The notes: generated by a model from the sequence alone, not told the origin. Positions 23,200 to 37,229 are shown, counted from the stretch's first letter. The stretch: 64,000 nucleotides of DNA from Chiloscyllium plagiosum (GCF_004010195.1 NC_057759.1:3126834-3190833); one strand, 5' to 3'. A program made the numbers and translations.

Positions 23200-24859
23200 G
23201 CATCTATTCTAGCAACAGTCCTTCAGAAGTACACATCTCCTCACTTTGCAATAGATTGAGAGGAAACTGTATGTCGTAATATTGTAACTTCTTTATCTGC
23301 TGCTCCTTGTCTATGCGAATAAACATTATCTTCGCAGGTATATGGTTTAAGAAGGTCTGACACTTCCTCCTTAACCTACCTCCTAACTGGTTGTACATTC
23401 TGGTGCAGCTTTCTAGTCTCCATTGTACTTTCGTACCACTCCAATAAAATACACTGACTTACCCTGTTTTCCTACATCTAGTTTCCCAATGTTTTTCCTA
23501 ACTCACTAAGACTGTGATTTCATGTTGCCTACTTTATTGCAGTGAAAATACTGGAGCTATTCAACTTCTCTTTGCCTTTCAAGTGTGTCCTTTTTACACT
23601 GTGGTAAGTTATCATTATGATTTTCTCAGAGATCTACATATTCCTTTCCAAGTGAGAATATTTTCTTTTCCCAAATTTCTATCCCTCACTTGTTGAAATT
23701 GATTTTCGAAGCCACTTTTTGCTTTATGGACCAAATCATAATCATCAGCCATTTCCGCTGCTCATCTTGCCATTTGAACCCTCTGATTGTCCGCATGAGT
23801 TCTCAGTACTTCAGGAAGTGAAATTTTGAACTTTTAAAATAATTGTCTCTCTTAGAATGTAATACATTTGATCTATTTTAATGCCCTTATCCACCTGTCT
23901 AAACTACTTTGTTTGATTCTTTCAATCTGAATGCATGTTTAACCAAGCTTCCTGAAACGATGTCTGTAGGATTCTGGCACAAGGTCATATGCACTTTCGA
24001 TGGCTTTCTTCACTTGCTCATGCATCGAGGTTACCTCCTTTAATAGTGATGCGGATATGTCACTGGCTCTACCTAGAACATTTGTCTGGATTAACAAAAC
24101 CCACTTGCTTCCTGGCTACCGCATTTGTTTAGCCACCTTTTCACATCAGATGCAAAAGTCTGTCGCATCCTTCCCATTACATTTAGACAATGCTTGAATA
24201 TATTTAAACTGTTTATCACCAGGCCATTGGCTGCGATAGGTTTGGTCATTCTTATTCTCTTCCTCAGTAAGTTATTTTCAGCCTTCATTTCTACCTGTTT
24301 AAGATGACTTTCCTGTCTAAATGTTAATTTCTGAATTTCAAACTCTTTCTTCCTTTCCTCTTTCTCCAGGTCTTTCCCTTCTCTTTCTCTCCGTTTCTCA
24401 TTTCTCTCTCTCTCTTTCTTTTAGTTCGTCTAAAGCGATTCATTTTCTTTTCTTTCCCCTTTTCTTTTAACCATAATTTCTTGTCTTTTGCCTCTAACGC
24501 AAGCTGCTTCATTTTGAATTTAATTTGAGCCATTCCTGAAGATTCTGATGGCGTTTCCCGCAAATTTAAATGCCAAGCTATTCATGTAATTATCTCTGCT
24601 TTCCTCACTGAAGCAGACAGTTCCAATGCCAGCTTGTCTACCAATTTCAGCATCTTTAACTTAGTCACCTTTTTCAAAATCACTTCCTCCACCCTCAGTA
24701 AACTCTTGGTGACGGAAAGAGCCGTTACTGTCACAAGCACTGTTTAAATTCAACACCTCGAACAAAAGACACTAACCCCTACTACTCATTGCCCTCGAGT
24801 CCAACAACTCTAATCCTAAAACATAACTATAGGACCAATCCCGTAAAGATTCGCCAATC
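23200..24859 (-). mobile_element. Second Gmr1-type Gypsy copy: leader, gag and protease start
   Basis: Collinear with 21250-22600 (ATCATCAGCCATT, CATGAGTTCT, TCTGGCACAAG.TCAT.TGCACTT). Degenerate PBS TGGCGAATCTTTACGGGAT at ~24838-24856. Confidence 0.8.
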
Positions 24860-25503
24860 TGTCATGGGTCATGTCATACCTTTCCAAATATTTCAAGGGC
24901 GTAGCCCATTCCCTGACTTAGATAAATAGTTTAAGAAGGTGCAATGTGGAATTTCCAGGAGAGATGCAACTCGTCAAACCCTTTATTTTAAAGATAATTG
25001 AATTTACTTACAAGATTACCAAATGAAACACATACGAAAGAGAACAGAATACCGACTAAATTAACCTAAGTGAAAACTCAACAGGTTTTATCAAACTAAT
25101 GGTGCAGTTCCAAGTATTTGGAAAAATCCCCAGAAACACTCCTTGGATTAAAAAAAAAGAAAACAAACACAGGTCCTTACAGCAGAGATGTCAGAGAGAG
25201 AGAGAGAAGTATCAGCCTGGACCTGCGTTTATGTGTCCAGCAGCTTTTTCAACCGCCTGACCGCCTACAGTAAATAGCCAGACCAGACTCACGAAAAGGT
25301 GAACTGGTAGAACTGGCCGTCCCCCTTTCATTATAATAGTGTTTTTTTTTAGAACTTGAAAACATTTGGCCGGAGGAAATATGCGTTAGCTATAATCAAA
25401 TTCTATCTAAAACCCATCTAAGTCTGGACTTTCCAGAGCCTGCCTTTTTATGAACTCCTTAAAAAAAACAACATAACAGTTTCAGAGGAGCATCATCATC
25501 ACA
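24860..25503 (-). mobile_element. Gypsy 5' LTR (~644 bp)
   Basis: TGTCATG...CATCACA termini, adjacent to the PBS-like sequence; non-coding. Confidence 0.6.
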
Positions 25504-26345
25504 CTCTTAGCCAGCTTTATTGCCAAGTCCACCTCCTGGTGTCAAACGAACAACTCTGATAGATTTTGCAAATGTGCCATATGTGTGTGACTAAAAATCG
25601 CCACGTCATTGATGTACGCCACACAGATGGGTAATCCAAAAATTACTTTATTGGGCAGATTTTGAGATGTGTCTGGCACATTTTTTATACTAAATAGCAT
25701 GTCTTTAAACTGGTTCAGTCCATTTGCTATCAGGTAAGATGAGATTGGCTTCAAGGTTTCAGATAAATCTGCCCGCCAGTATCCTCTGAGTACGTCCAAA
25801 TCCGAAATATGTGTTGCTTGTCCCACTTCTTAAATCTAAAATGATGTTGTTTAATTGGAACAGCATTTCCCATATCTACATAGTGCATAATTACGTTAGT
25901 ATTTCCCAGCTTAATCCTACTTTTGATTGAAATGTCTCTTTAAGATCATTTTGATTTTCCTCTGGAAGGCAACTCAGTAACATATTAATTTTTGAGAACT
26001 TCCTCATTGTCTCTGTGGGTAGTCTGCATCGACCAAAACAATTGAGTAATTCTTGCACGATCCTTTTAGCGTGATATTGTGTAGTGGAAGGTGTCTAGAA
26101 ATCTAGTGGCAACATCTTTTCTGGTCAACAAGTACAATTTTTGTTTTAGATAGGGGTTCTACAAAACCATATGAAACTCTAAATCGAAAAGCTTGTCCCA
26201 TTGTTCCAACTTAAAAAAAGAGGGCCGAAGGCATCACAAGCCTTATTCTTCTGGTTTTCCTAGTGAACTCCACAATCTGTCTTACAACCTCTCTTCATTA
26301 AAAAGAAACAGGAAAAAAACTCTTAAAGCCACATCATTGTCACAA
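25504..26345 (-). mobile_element. Third, heavily deleted Gmr1-type Gypsy fragment (IN and RT pieces)
   Basis: LDVLRGYW...VAYINDVAIFS (RT, 25542-25826); integrase-like piece ~26050-26165 upstream on the same strand. Confidence 0.7.
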
Positions 26346-26656
26346 TAGGAAACTCCACTATAAACATCTTCCAGTCCTCCAGCTCCCAAAGTACCAAGAA
26401 AACATTTATTTCTTTTCTATAATTCAGTCAATTTGGCATCGGCATCACGGCTGTCCATTTTGTTCCACCTCTGACTTTACTCACAGGTCTGATGTGTGGC
26501 TTCTTTTTTGAAAGCCCCCTTGCACAATGTCGATTGCGTTCCTCTCATCAAAGCTCTATGGTATCGATTCAAAACACTTCACCAAGTTAGTTTATCTAGA
26601 TTTTGAATTATAAATCTATACTGCATCTTCAGAATCAAATCGAATCTTCTCCATTG

Positions 26657-29200
26657 AACATAGAACATTACAGCACAATACAGGCGCTATCCAATGACCA
26701 TTTAAATGTCCTTAAAGTTGGCGAGTCAAATACTGTTGCAGGCAGTGAGTTCTACGACCATACTACGCTCTGAGTAAAGGAAGTACCTCTGATAGCTGCC
26801 CTTTATCTATCACCCCTCAATTTAAAGTTATGCTTCTGCTTGCTATCACTATTGGCGAGAAGGGCTCTCACTGTCCAACGTATCTAACTCTCTGATTATC
26901 TTATATGTCTCAATTAAGTCACCTTTCAAACTTCTTCTCTCTAACGAAAACAGCCTCAAGTCCCTCAGCCATTCCTCATAAGACCTTCCCTCTATACCAG
27001 GCAACATCCTAGTAATCTGCTCTGAATCCTTTCCAAAGCTTCGATACCTTTCCTATAACGCAGTGAGTAGGAATGGACAAAATACTCAAAGTGCGATCAG
27101 ACCAGAGTTTTCTACAGCTGCAACATTGCCTCGTGGCTCCGAAACTCAATCCCTCTACCAGTAACAGATAACACACTGTATGCCTGCTTAACAACCCCAT
27201 CCACCTAGGTGGCAACTTTGTGGAATCTGTATACACGAACACCGAGATCTCTCTGCTCTTATACACTATCAAGAATTTTACCGTTAACTCAGTACTCTAT
27301 TCCTGTTACTTCTTCCCAAGTGAATCACCTCACACGTTTAGGCATTAATTTCCATGTGCCACCTATCAGCCCAGCTCTGCATCTTGTCTATGACCCTCTG
27401 TAACCTGCAAAATGCTTTAGCTCTATTCACAACTCCACCGACCTTAGTGCCGTCCGCAAATTTACTAACCCATCCTTCTAATCATCTCGATCATTTATAA
27501 AAATGACAAACAGCAGTCTCCCAAAATGGCTCTTTGCCATATCAATAGTAACCGACCTCCAGAATGAACATTTCCCCTCAACCACCACCTTCTTTAAGCG
27601 AGCCAATTTCTGATCCAAGCTGCTAGATCACCCTCAATCCCATGCCTACGTATTTTGTACAATAGCCTACCGTGGAGGAACCTTAGCTATCGCCTTACTG
27701 AAAACCATATACACCACATAAACTTCTTTACCCTCATCCACCTGTTTGTCACCCACTCAAATAACTCAATAATGTTTGTGGGGCAGGACCTACCCTTTAC
27801 AAAACTGTGTTGACTATTTCTAATCCACTTATTCCTCTCGAGATGATTTTAAGTCCTATTTCTTATAACCTTTTCCAACACATTGCCCACCACCGAAGTA
27901 AGGCTCACTGGTCTATAATTACCAGCGTTGTCTCTCTTCCCCTTCTAGAACAAGGGTGGAGGGGCATATTTGGTATCCTCCAGTGCTTTGACAGTATTCC
28001 TGGAGACAATGACGACATAAAGATCAAATATATAGGCTCTGCAATCTCCTCCCTGGTTTCCCACCGAATCACAAGATAAATCCCATCTGGCCCACGGGAC
28101 TTATCTATTTCCACACTGTTAAGAATTGCTAACACGGCCTCTTTGTGAATTTGAATCCCGTTTCGTCTAATAGCTTGTGTCTCAGTATTCTTCTCGACAA
28201 CATTTTCTTTTTTTCCAATGTGAACACTGAGGAAACATATTCATTTAGCACTTTCCCTATCTTTTAGCCCTAATCTCTCTCTCGTCTTTTTTTAAATTCC
28301 TGATATAGCTGTAGAAAGTTTCAGGGATTTACTTGATCCTTTCTGCCAACGACTTCGTATGTCCCCTCCTGAGTCTTCATAGCTCACTCTTTCGGTCTTT
28401 TGTAGCTAATTTGTAACACAAACGCCGTAAGTGAGCCTTCACGTCTCATCCTGACATAAGCCTTCTTCCTCTTGACAAGAAATTCAACTTCTCTGGTAAA
28501 CCATGGTTCCCTCGGTCTACTACTCTCTCTCTGCCTGAGGGGTACAATACGTATCAAGAACACTCAGTTGCTGTTCCTTGAATTAGCTCCACATTTAAGT
28601 TGTGCTGATTCCCTACAATTTCCTTCCCTATCTTATACAACCTAAATTTGCCTAATCGCATCCCAATTGGCGTTCCACTAGCTGTACCTCTTGCCCTGCG
28701 TTATTTACCTATTCATTTCCATCGCTAATGTGAACATGATCGATTTGTGGTCATTATCACTAAAGAGCTCACGTATCTTCAAATCTATAACCTGGCCAGT
28801 TTCAATACTCAATTCCAAATCCAATGTGGCGTCGCCCTTGATGGTCTGCCTACAAACTGTGTCAGGAAACCATCCTGCACACATTGAACAAAAACAGATC
28901 AACTAAATACTCGAGCTATAGTATTTCCAGTCAATATTTGGAAAGTTAAAGAGCCCCATAACAACTACCCAGTTACTGTCACGCCTATCCAAAATGATCC
29001 CTGCTATCTTTTCCTCTACATCGTTGGAACTTTTTGGAAGCCATTAGAAAACCCCCATCAGAGTCATGGCTCCTTTCCTGTTTCTAACCTCAGCCCACAC
29101 TACCTCATTAGACGAGTTCTCAAAAATATTTTCTGCCACCGCAATACTGTCCTTGAATAACAATAACAACTTCTCCTTTTACCATCTTCCCTATGTGATG
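26657..29200 (-). mobile_element. CR1 LINE, most of ORF2 plus 3' UTR
   Basis: GDATLDLELS...SDNDHKSI (EN end), IDKSRGPDGIY, RT and C-terminal region; tail GAACATAGAACATTACAGCAC. Confidence 0.9.
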
Positions 29201-30067
29201 AACAAATCTATCTTTAATCCTGCTTACTTCGTTCCTCAACAGGTCAGAGTTTCCCGAAGTGCCTGTTAACAACATTATCTAACAAAGGGAAGAAGAACAC
29301 GTTCAAACAATTTCACGTACATAATTTCCTTTAATTTCACCGCATTCAGAGCAATCACAGTGAGGAATGTAAAAGTAAGTCGCTGAGTGTTGAGCTCCAT
29401 GCATTTTGGGTGCTCAATTTTCCTGAGTCCTAAGTCACTCTGAGGATTTTTTTTTTTTTGCTTTCCGTATTTTGTCTGCAACCGTCAATGAGTTTCTGTT
29501 CCCGAAGACGTTAGGAAAGCAGTTTTGCATCTCAAAGTGTTTCCATAATCGTTCTCTGGCATCATAGTGAAATGCTACAGCGAAAAAGAAATCAGGATGA
29601 AAAAAAATACATGACAGGACTTTTATTCTCTTTCAGAGGACAGGTTCCATCTATCTTACGTTTTTGACTGATGGGACATCCCATGTGGGAAGAGAGTACA
29701 AAGATGCAAAGTCACAAATTTATAGATACCAATGTAAGCATCAAACGAAGAGGAGTCTTTACTCTCAGAGGATTGTGAATATTATCATTTGCTTGTCACA
29801 GAGTTGTTGGGGAAGAGGGCTGAATCCTTGTCTATATTTAAGTTTGACATTGATTCTTCATCAGTCAAGGAATAAAAGGGGTACAGAGAAAGGGCAGAAA
29901 AGTGAGTGCGCTGAATATTGTAACAGCACTGATCCTGTTAAATACCAGAGCAGGTTTGTTGGGCAAAATGGCCGATTTCTTGTCTCATCACTTACGATTT
30001 TTCCCAGAGTTGACGTCACTCTGTATTACAAACCAGCCATCCTGCCAACTTGGGCGGTGAGTTGGAG

Positions 30068-30345
30068 TTATAGAGTCATAGAGATGCACAGCATGGAAAC
30101 AGACCCTTCGGTCCAACCCGTCCATGCTGACCAGATATCCCAACCCAATCTAGTCCCACCTGCCAGCACCCGGCCCATATCACTCCAAACCCTTCCTATT
30201 CATATACCCATCCAAATGCCTCTTAAATGTTGCAATTGTACCAGCCTCCACCACATCCTCTGGCAGCTCATTCCATACACGTACCATCCTCTGCGTGAAA
30301 AAGTTGTCCCTTAGGTCTCCTTTATATCTTTCCCCTCTCACCCTA
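30068..30345 (-). mobile_element. CR1 LINE 3' end
   Basis: RGERYKGDLRDNFFTQRMVRVWNELPEDVVEAGTIATFKRHLDGYMNRKGLE. Confidence 0.92.
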
Positions 30346-30449
30346 AGACAAGCAGGAAGACAGAGAGAACAGATCAGGGTAAGTAGCTGGGAAGTGGTCA
30401 AAACAGGAAAAGTAAAGAATTAAAATAAATAACTGGCACCTTCCAGGAT

Positions 30450-31767
30450 CATAGAGTCACACAGTCATACCAATGTAGAGCACACAAACAGATCTTTGTT
30501 CCAACTCATCCATGCCGACCAGATATCCCAATCCAATCGAGTCCCACCTGTCAGTACCTGGCCCATATCCCTCCCAACCCTTCCTATTCACAGACCCATC
30601 CAGATGCATTTTAAATGCTGCAATCGTACTGGCCTCCATCACTTCCTCTGGCAACTCATTCCATGTATATACCATCCTCTGCGTGAAGAAGTTGTCCCTT
30701 ATATCTCTGTTATATCTTTGCTCTCGCACCCTAAACCTTTGCCCTCTAGTTCTGACTTCCCCCACCCCAGGGAAAAGACTTTGCCTATTTATCCTATCCA
30801 TGCCATCATGATTTTATAAATCTCTACAAGGTCACCCCTCAGTCTCTGACACTGGGGAAAAAAAGCCCCAGCCTATTCAACTCTCCCTAGAGCTCAAATC
30901 CTCCTACCCTGGAATGCTAACCACTGTGCCACCGTGCCGCCCAGAAAAGACTTTGCCTATTTATCCTATCCATGCCATCATGATTTTAATAATCTCTACA
31001 AGGTCACCCCTCAGTCTCTGACACTGGGGAAAAAAAGCCCCAGCCTATTCAACTCTCCCTAGAGCTCAAATCCTCCTACCCTGGAAACATTATAGCAAAT
31101 TTTTCTGAACCCTTTCAAGTTTCACACCATCTTTCTGATAGGAAGGAGAATATAACTGCACGCAGTATTCCAACAGCGGCCAAACCAATGACCTGTACAA
31201 CTGCAACATGACTTCCCAACTCTTGTATTCAATACACTGACCATAAAAAGAAAACATACCAAACGCTTTCTTCATGATCACATCTACCTGGGACTCCATT
31301 TTCAAGGAGCTATGGACCTGTACTGCAAGGTCTCTTTGTTCAGCGGCACTTCCTAGGACCTTAGCATTTAGTGTATAAGTCCTGCAAATATTTGCTTCCT
31401 AAAAATGCGACAGGTAGCATTTATCTAAATTAAACCCCATCTGCCACTTGTCAGCCCATTTGCCAATCTGATCAAGATGCCGTTATAATCTAAGGTAACC
31501 TTCTTTTCTGTCCACTGCACCACCAATTTTGGTATCATCTGAAAACTTACAAACAATTAACTATAACTTGTATACTCACACCCAAGTCATTCATATAAAT
31601 GACGAATTGTAGTGTACCCAGCACCGATCCTTGTGGTACTCCAGTGGTCACAGCCCTCCAGTCTGAATATCAACCATCCATCACAACGCTCTGTCTTCCA
31701 CCTTTGAGCCAATTCTGTATCCAAATGGCCAGTTCTCCCTGTATTCCATAAGATCTAACCTTGCTAG
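30450..31767 (-). mobile_element. CR1 LINE 3' half with internal 143-bp duplication
   Basis: KVRSYGIQGELAIWIQNWL, VMLQLYRSLVWPLLEYCVQ, FFTQRMVYTWNELPEEV. Positions 30772-30914 are repeated at 30944-31086. Confidence 0.92.
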
Positions 31768-33441
31768 GATGCCAGGAATTCTCAGAATATTCGAAAGACC
31801 TGAAATGACTAACGGATGCGCTCACTGCTTTAATTGGAGACAGAAGGTAGCCAATATATGCACAGTCAAATCCTAAAGTGAGCAACAGGTTATAGTCGAA
31901 AGTATTTATTGGTGCCAGAGCACTGGGAGTAAATCTCAAGATATGTTTCCAAGAAATGTTTGAGGTTGGTGGAGGTTCGTCAACAGTTTAGATAAAGTGA
32001 TGGAAACTGGGAGGCGGCTGAGCTTGAGAATGAGGAAAATTGCTTTCAAGACTGTTTAACTGTATTCTGCTGCATGAAGGGAAGCTGGCAACTCACTTCG
32101 TCATGCAATGCAAAGTTAGAAGTACATATGTCACCGGTAAGAAAAGACACCGCGGAACATTTGTAGAAAGGCATAAACTCACAATCTCTTTCAAAAATCT
32201 AAACAGATCATTCCCTGCAGAATTGCAGTGGATTAAAACAAAGAATATTGCTGCTTTCCCTAATGCTAATAGTGGCCTGGAGAAACAGCAACAATTCGTA
32301 ATTCTGATCAAAATATTGCTGCTATTTTGAAGTTGGTTTTGTGCTTTCCAAATCTGAATAGGAGAAGTTGCATATGAAGCCAGACCTTCTAGATGAGACA
32401 TAGGAACTTTTGCACAACACCACAAGAGCGCTCAGTAACTTTCCTGTTGTTGTTAGCTCTTTGTAGGTGAGAATCAGCTAAAGACCAATTTCTCCTTAGG
32501 GAAAGAAGAGTGGGCTAAACTCCGGGAGTGTATACAATTTACGGAAGTACTTCCATTTCAGCGAAGTGAGGGGAAACAATGTCTGATCATTGTGGACAGT
32601 GGATTACTCCGATAAATGTTTGCCTCTAACGCGGATCTCGCCGGTGATAATGCTCCATTCAGTCTCTCAGACATCACCAAAGGCTGTGTTGTCTCACCGC
32701 AAAGACTGGAAAATATCGAATATCTCATTGTGTTTGAATGTTCCATTCACAGGCTGCACACAGCCGAACGTCCAAATCTCAGTTATTCCACAATACAGAT
32801 ATGTATTACTGTGGACAGAACACTTTTCACACTGCTGAGTTTTCATATATTGGTTATTTCACAGTACTGTCATTATTGTTTAACCTTAGACAACACCACT
32901 ATGCATCCAATTATCAGCCATCCCACACAGTAACCATTGCATTGTTACAGGCAACCCAGCAGCTTCATGCTGCTGAAAACCCAAATATGAGTTATCCAAC
33001 ATTGTCTCCATTGTGTCAGACCGTCTCTTTGTGTGTGAGTTTAGGTGAGTTTCAGCATGTGTTTGTGTCTTACTCCTGTGTGTTTATTTATGGTGCCTGT
33101 ATGAGAATGCGTCAGAGTGTTTGTGTGTGCCTATGCAGATATGTCTGCGATTCTGGGTGTGTGGAAGTCTGCATTTGCCTGGGTGGCGTGTATTCGACTG
33201 TTTGTGTAACAATGAGTGTTTATATGTTTCTTTCTGGTCGTTTAACTGATATTTATGTGCCTGTGTATCTTGTCTGTGTATTTTGCTGTTTGTGTAACAC
33301 TGAGTCTGTGTGCCTTTGTGTGTGTGAGTATAAAATTCTGTGAGTGTCTGTGTCTGTGTGTGTTTGAGCACATGTGTATGACTGGCTGCGTGAGTCTGCG
33401 TGTGTTACTGCACATGCGAGATTTCGTGTATGTAAATGTAT

Positions 33442-34660
33442 GCAGGTCATGTCTCATCAACTTCATAGAATTATTTGAGGAAGTGACAGAATTAATTGAT
33501 GACAGAAGGGCTGTAGTTGTCATATTCATGGACTTTAGTCGGGTATTTGATAACGTTTCCCATGGTACGCTGATGGAGAAGGTGAAGTCACATCGGGTCC
33601 AGGGTGTACTCTCCCTGATAAAGAACTGGCTGGGCAATAGGGGTTAGTGAGTAATAGTAGGAGAGAGTTTCTCAAAATGGATACAGTGATCATTGGTGTT
33701 CCACAGGGATCCCTGATGGGAACACTGTTGTTTGTGATATACATAAATGACCTGGAGGAGTGTATAGGTGGTCTGATTAGCAAGTCTGCAGATGACACTA
33801 AGATTAGTGGAGTAGAAGATAGTGAAGAACATCGTCAGATTATAGAGTTAGGCGGAGACATGGCAGGTGGAGATCAGTCCAGGCAAATGCGAGGTGATGC
33901 ATTTTGGCAGATCCAATTCAAGGGTGAACTGTACAGTAAATGGAAAAGCCCCGGAGAAGATTGATGTGCAGAGAGATCTGGGTGTTCAGTTCCATTCTTC
34001 CCTGACTGTGGCAACGCAGGCCAATAGAGTGGTCAAGAAGGCATACGGCATGCTTTCCTTCATTGGACGTTGTATTGAGTACAAGAGTTGGCAAGTCATG
34101 TTACAGTTGTATCAAACTTTGGTTTGGGCATATTTGGAATACTGCGCACAGTTCTGGTCGCCACATTCCCAGAAGGATGTAGATGCTTTATAGATGTGGT
34201 TCACTGGAATGTTGCCTGGTATGGACGATGCTAGCTATGGAGAGAGGTTGAATAGATTACGATTATCTTCATTAGAAAGATCAAGGTTGAGAGGGGATCG
34301 GATTGAGGTCTAGTACGTCATGAGAAATATTGGCAGGGTGGATAGCAAGAAGCTTTTTTCCCACAGTGGGGCATTCAATTACGAGGGGTCACGAGTTCAA
34401 AGTATGTGGGGAAATAGTTACGGAAGATATCGATGGAATTTTTTAGCACAGAGAGCGGTGAGTGCCTGGAACATGCTGTCAGTGGAGGTGGTAGAGGCGG
34501 GCACGATAGCGTCATTTAAGATGTATCTAGACAGATACTTGAAAGGCAGTGAGGGGAGGGATACATACCCTTAGAAAATAGGTGACAGGTTTAAATAGAA
34601 GATCTGAATCGGAGAAGGCTTGGAGGGCCGAAAGACTGTAATTTTCTTTGTTCTTTGTTC
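33442..34660 (+). mobile_element. CR1 LINE 3' half inserted in a TG-rich tract of the left arm only
   Basis: RSCLINFIELFEEVT...FMDFSRVFDNVSHG, GVPQGSLMGTLLFVIYINDL...SADDTKI. TG-rich sequence lies on both sides, and the matching CA-rich tract at 48220-48630 is uninterrupted. Confidence 0.9.
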
Positions 34661-35219
34661 TTGTCATTGCACATTAGTGTGTGTGCATATTTGTGCATGT
34701 GATTGTGTGTAGTCATGTGTTTTTGTGTGTGAATTTCTCTATGTATGTGCATGTCAATGTGCCTTTGAGTGTTTGTTTGTGGGTGGGTGGGTGCAACACT
34801 GCATCTGTGAGAGTCTAAGTGTGTTACTGCTTGAATCATAAGCGAAATGGCCCCTTCACATACGCATTATGGATTCTGTCCATGTTGTGGATTTTGCAAT
34901 TATTAATCACAGGATCGATTGCGTTATCTTGTCAGGAGCTTTCATCCTCTAGATAGCTTCGAGTGTAGCAGAAAATCAGGGAAGCATGAGAACCGCCCTG
35001 TTCTTAGTTCTTGAGCTCTTGATGATGATGCAGCCCGGCACTGTCGATGAAGGAGTAACATTAATTCTTGCCTCTCCAAGTGATTCCATATTTCCTCAAG
35101 TAACCGTTGTAAACTTTCAGAAGGGCAGGTTGACATCATTCATTCTTCTGAAGACCAAATTCCATTCTGTTAGCTTTCGGCTGACAAGTACCTCAAATCA
35201 TCATTTGAAATGAATAGTA

Positions 35220-35525
35220 ATCATTCTTGGGACGCAGCTGTCGCTGGCAAAGTCAACTTTTATTGCCATTCCATTTTGCCGGTTGGCATTTAGGAATGAA
35301 ACACATTGCTTGGAGTCTGGAGTCAGACATAAATCAGACCAGGTAAGGACAGAGGTAAACCCTCGCTAATGGACATTAGTCAAGTATATATTCCTTTCCT
35401 TCATTAGACTATTTGAATATGTTTCAAATTTCACCATTTACAAAGGTGGAATTCAATGGAATCTCCTCAGAACATGAGCTGGGTCCTCCTGGATAGCGAG
35501 TCCATTGATAGTTCTAAAAGTCCAT
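35220..35525 (-). mobile_element. SINE sharing head/body and tail with the LINE at 11858-15365
   Basis: Reverse complement contains CCTTACCTGGTCTGATTTATGTCTGACTCCAGACTCCAAGCAATGTG followed directly by the LINE-type tail GGCAATAAAAG...CCAGCGAC. Confidence 0.75.
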
Positions 35526-37229
35526 ATCGTGTCACTATGTATTTGGTGAAGAGTTGCAGACATTTCCCATGAGTGAACGACCCCACTTCAGTTCTCAAAT
35601 GTTCTGTGACAAATTTTCCCTGTATAACTAACCAGCATATTGTGTCCATTAAAACACCCCATGTCAAAGGATATCCACCACATGTTCGCATCATAGCTAC
35701 AATCGATAGATTTACCCGCCTGGGGATGTCCTCTGTTCATTATATGCAGTTTACTCATCAGTAGCTGAGACAACATTTGAATCCACAGTTCATGGATAAA
35801 TCTTCTGAGATTATGTGAAAGTTGCAGCCAATGACTGTCGCGGTCCATGAACCCCTTGCCTTTGTTTTCCAGTTATATCCAATGGCTGCCAAAAGAGTCG
35901 GAGGGATGTGCAGAATTATAGGATGTCACGCTGGTGAATTGGAGTTCTAGAAGAGGTGCTTATTTCTTTTCTATTGCTGCATACGTTACACCCATTGAAC
36001 TGTGAAAGAGTAAATGTGTGCCATAGCTAGGAGCAACTCAGGCCATGCATGAAGTTAACTGCAGTTTCTGTAGTCTGGGTCTCTACTGATATTGCACATC
36101 TTCATGAGCCCTCACCCACTGGTTTTGAATTGTGAATAGATCTGTTCACTACATTGTTCATATTCCGTATTTTCCTTAAATAGTTAATTGATTTCAGATG
36201 GCAAATGTTGTGCAACATATTGCAATCAGGCTGCAATTGCCAGAAATGGCACAGACCCAATCACCTGACTAGCTTCTTAGAGTCGCAGTTTCGAGTCAAT
36301 GCCCCTCTACTATGTCTCGGAAGTAGGAACCAGGGGTTAACAGGTAACACCTACCAATACCATAATGACTTCCATCCAGAAGGACATGGGTGGAAGATAT
36401 ATGACAATTGAATTGAATTAGATATATTGTCGCATGGACGTGCATGAGTTAAAAACTTAAACATTATATTCCTTCTTTCTAAAACGTACAAAAAGAAAGA
36501 AACACAAAGTACTTCCTTGGAAATCCCTCTCCAAGAGCCACTCATCACCTTGACTTGGAAGTGTATCGACTATTCTTCACTGTAGTGGAGTCAAAATCGT
36601 GGAATTTCGTCGATGAGAGTTTATAGTGTGCCTCTTCACAATACACAGACCGCAGCGGCTCAAGAAGGAGTTCAAATCCCCTCCTTCACCCGAATTTCTG
36701 TAGAGCAAAAACGAGTAATGGGTGACAAATGCTATCCTAGCCACAGCCGCCCATGAAGCATGTATGATAACAATGAAAGGTTGTTGAAGAGAGCGGAGCT
36801 CTGGTTTCAGAGAAGCTGATCTGTGAGATGCCCTTGTGTCAACACCACTACCTTGCCCTCTGACTGCCTCCCAGTCTTATTGCCCCCGTCCACCCCTTCA
36901 CTGAAGGATTTCCCATCTTTGTGCCCTTCTCCCCTCTCGAGACCGGACTGTAAAACTATTTGTTGTTACCAGTGTTCGAACATGAATGGAAGAATTAAGT
37001 GTCCTGACGATGACTGAGGAACGTACAATTGTCGAGCTGATGCTTATTGAACCACGTCCACGGATATTAGCAAGGAAGCACAAGACAGTAAGTCTCTCTC
37101 CTTCTCTCTATATCTCTCTCTGCTGTCTTCAAACTTATTTGCCTCGACGTTTTATCATTTTCTTTCTGTCTGTCTCACTCTGTCATAAATTCCTAATGCC
37201 CACGTGCCACGAAGTCTTTTTAGGATTTT

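Noticed and set aside
29664..30314. 216-aa ORF
   Set aside because: A chimera of a decayed CR1 tail and the antisense of another CR1 tail; no domain is recognisable.
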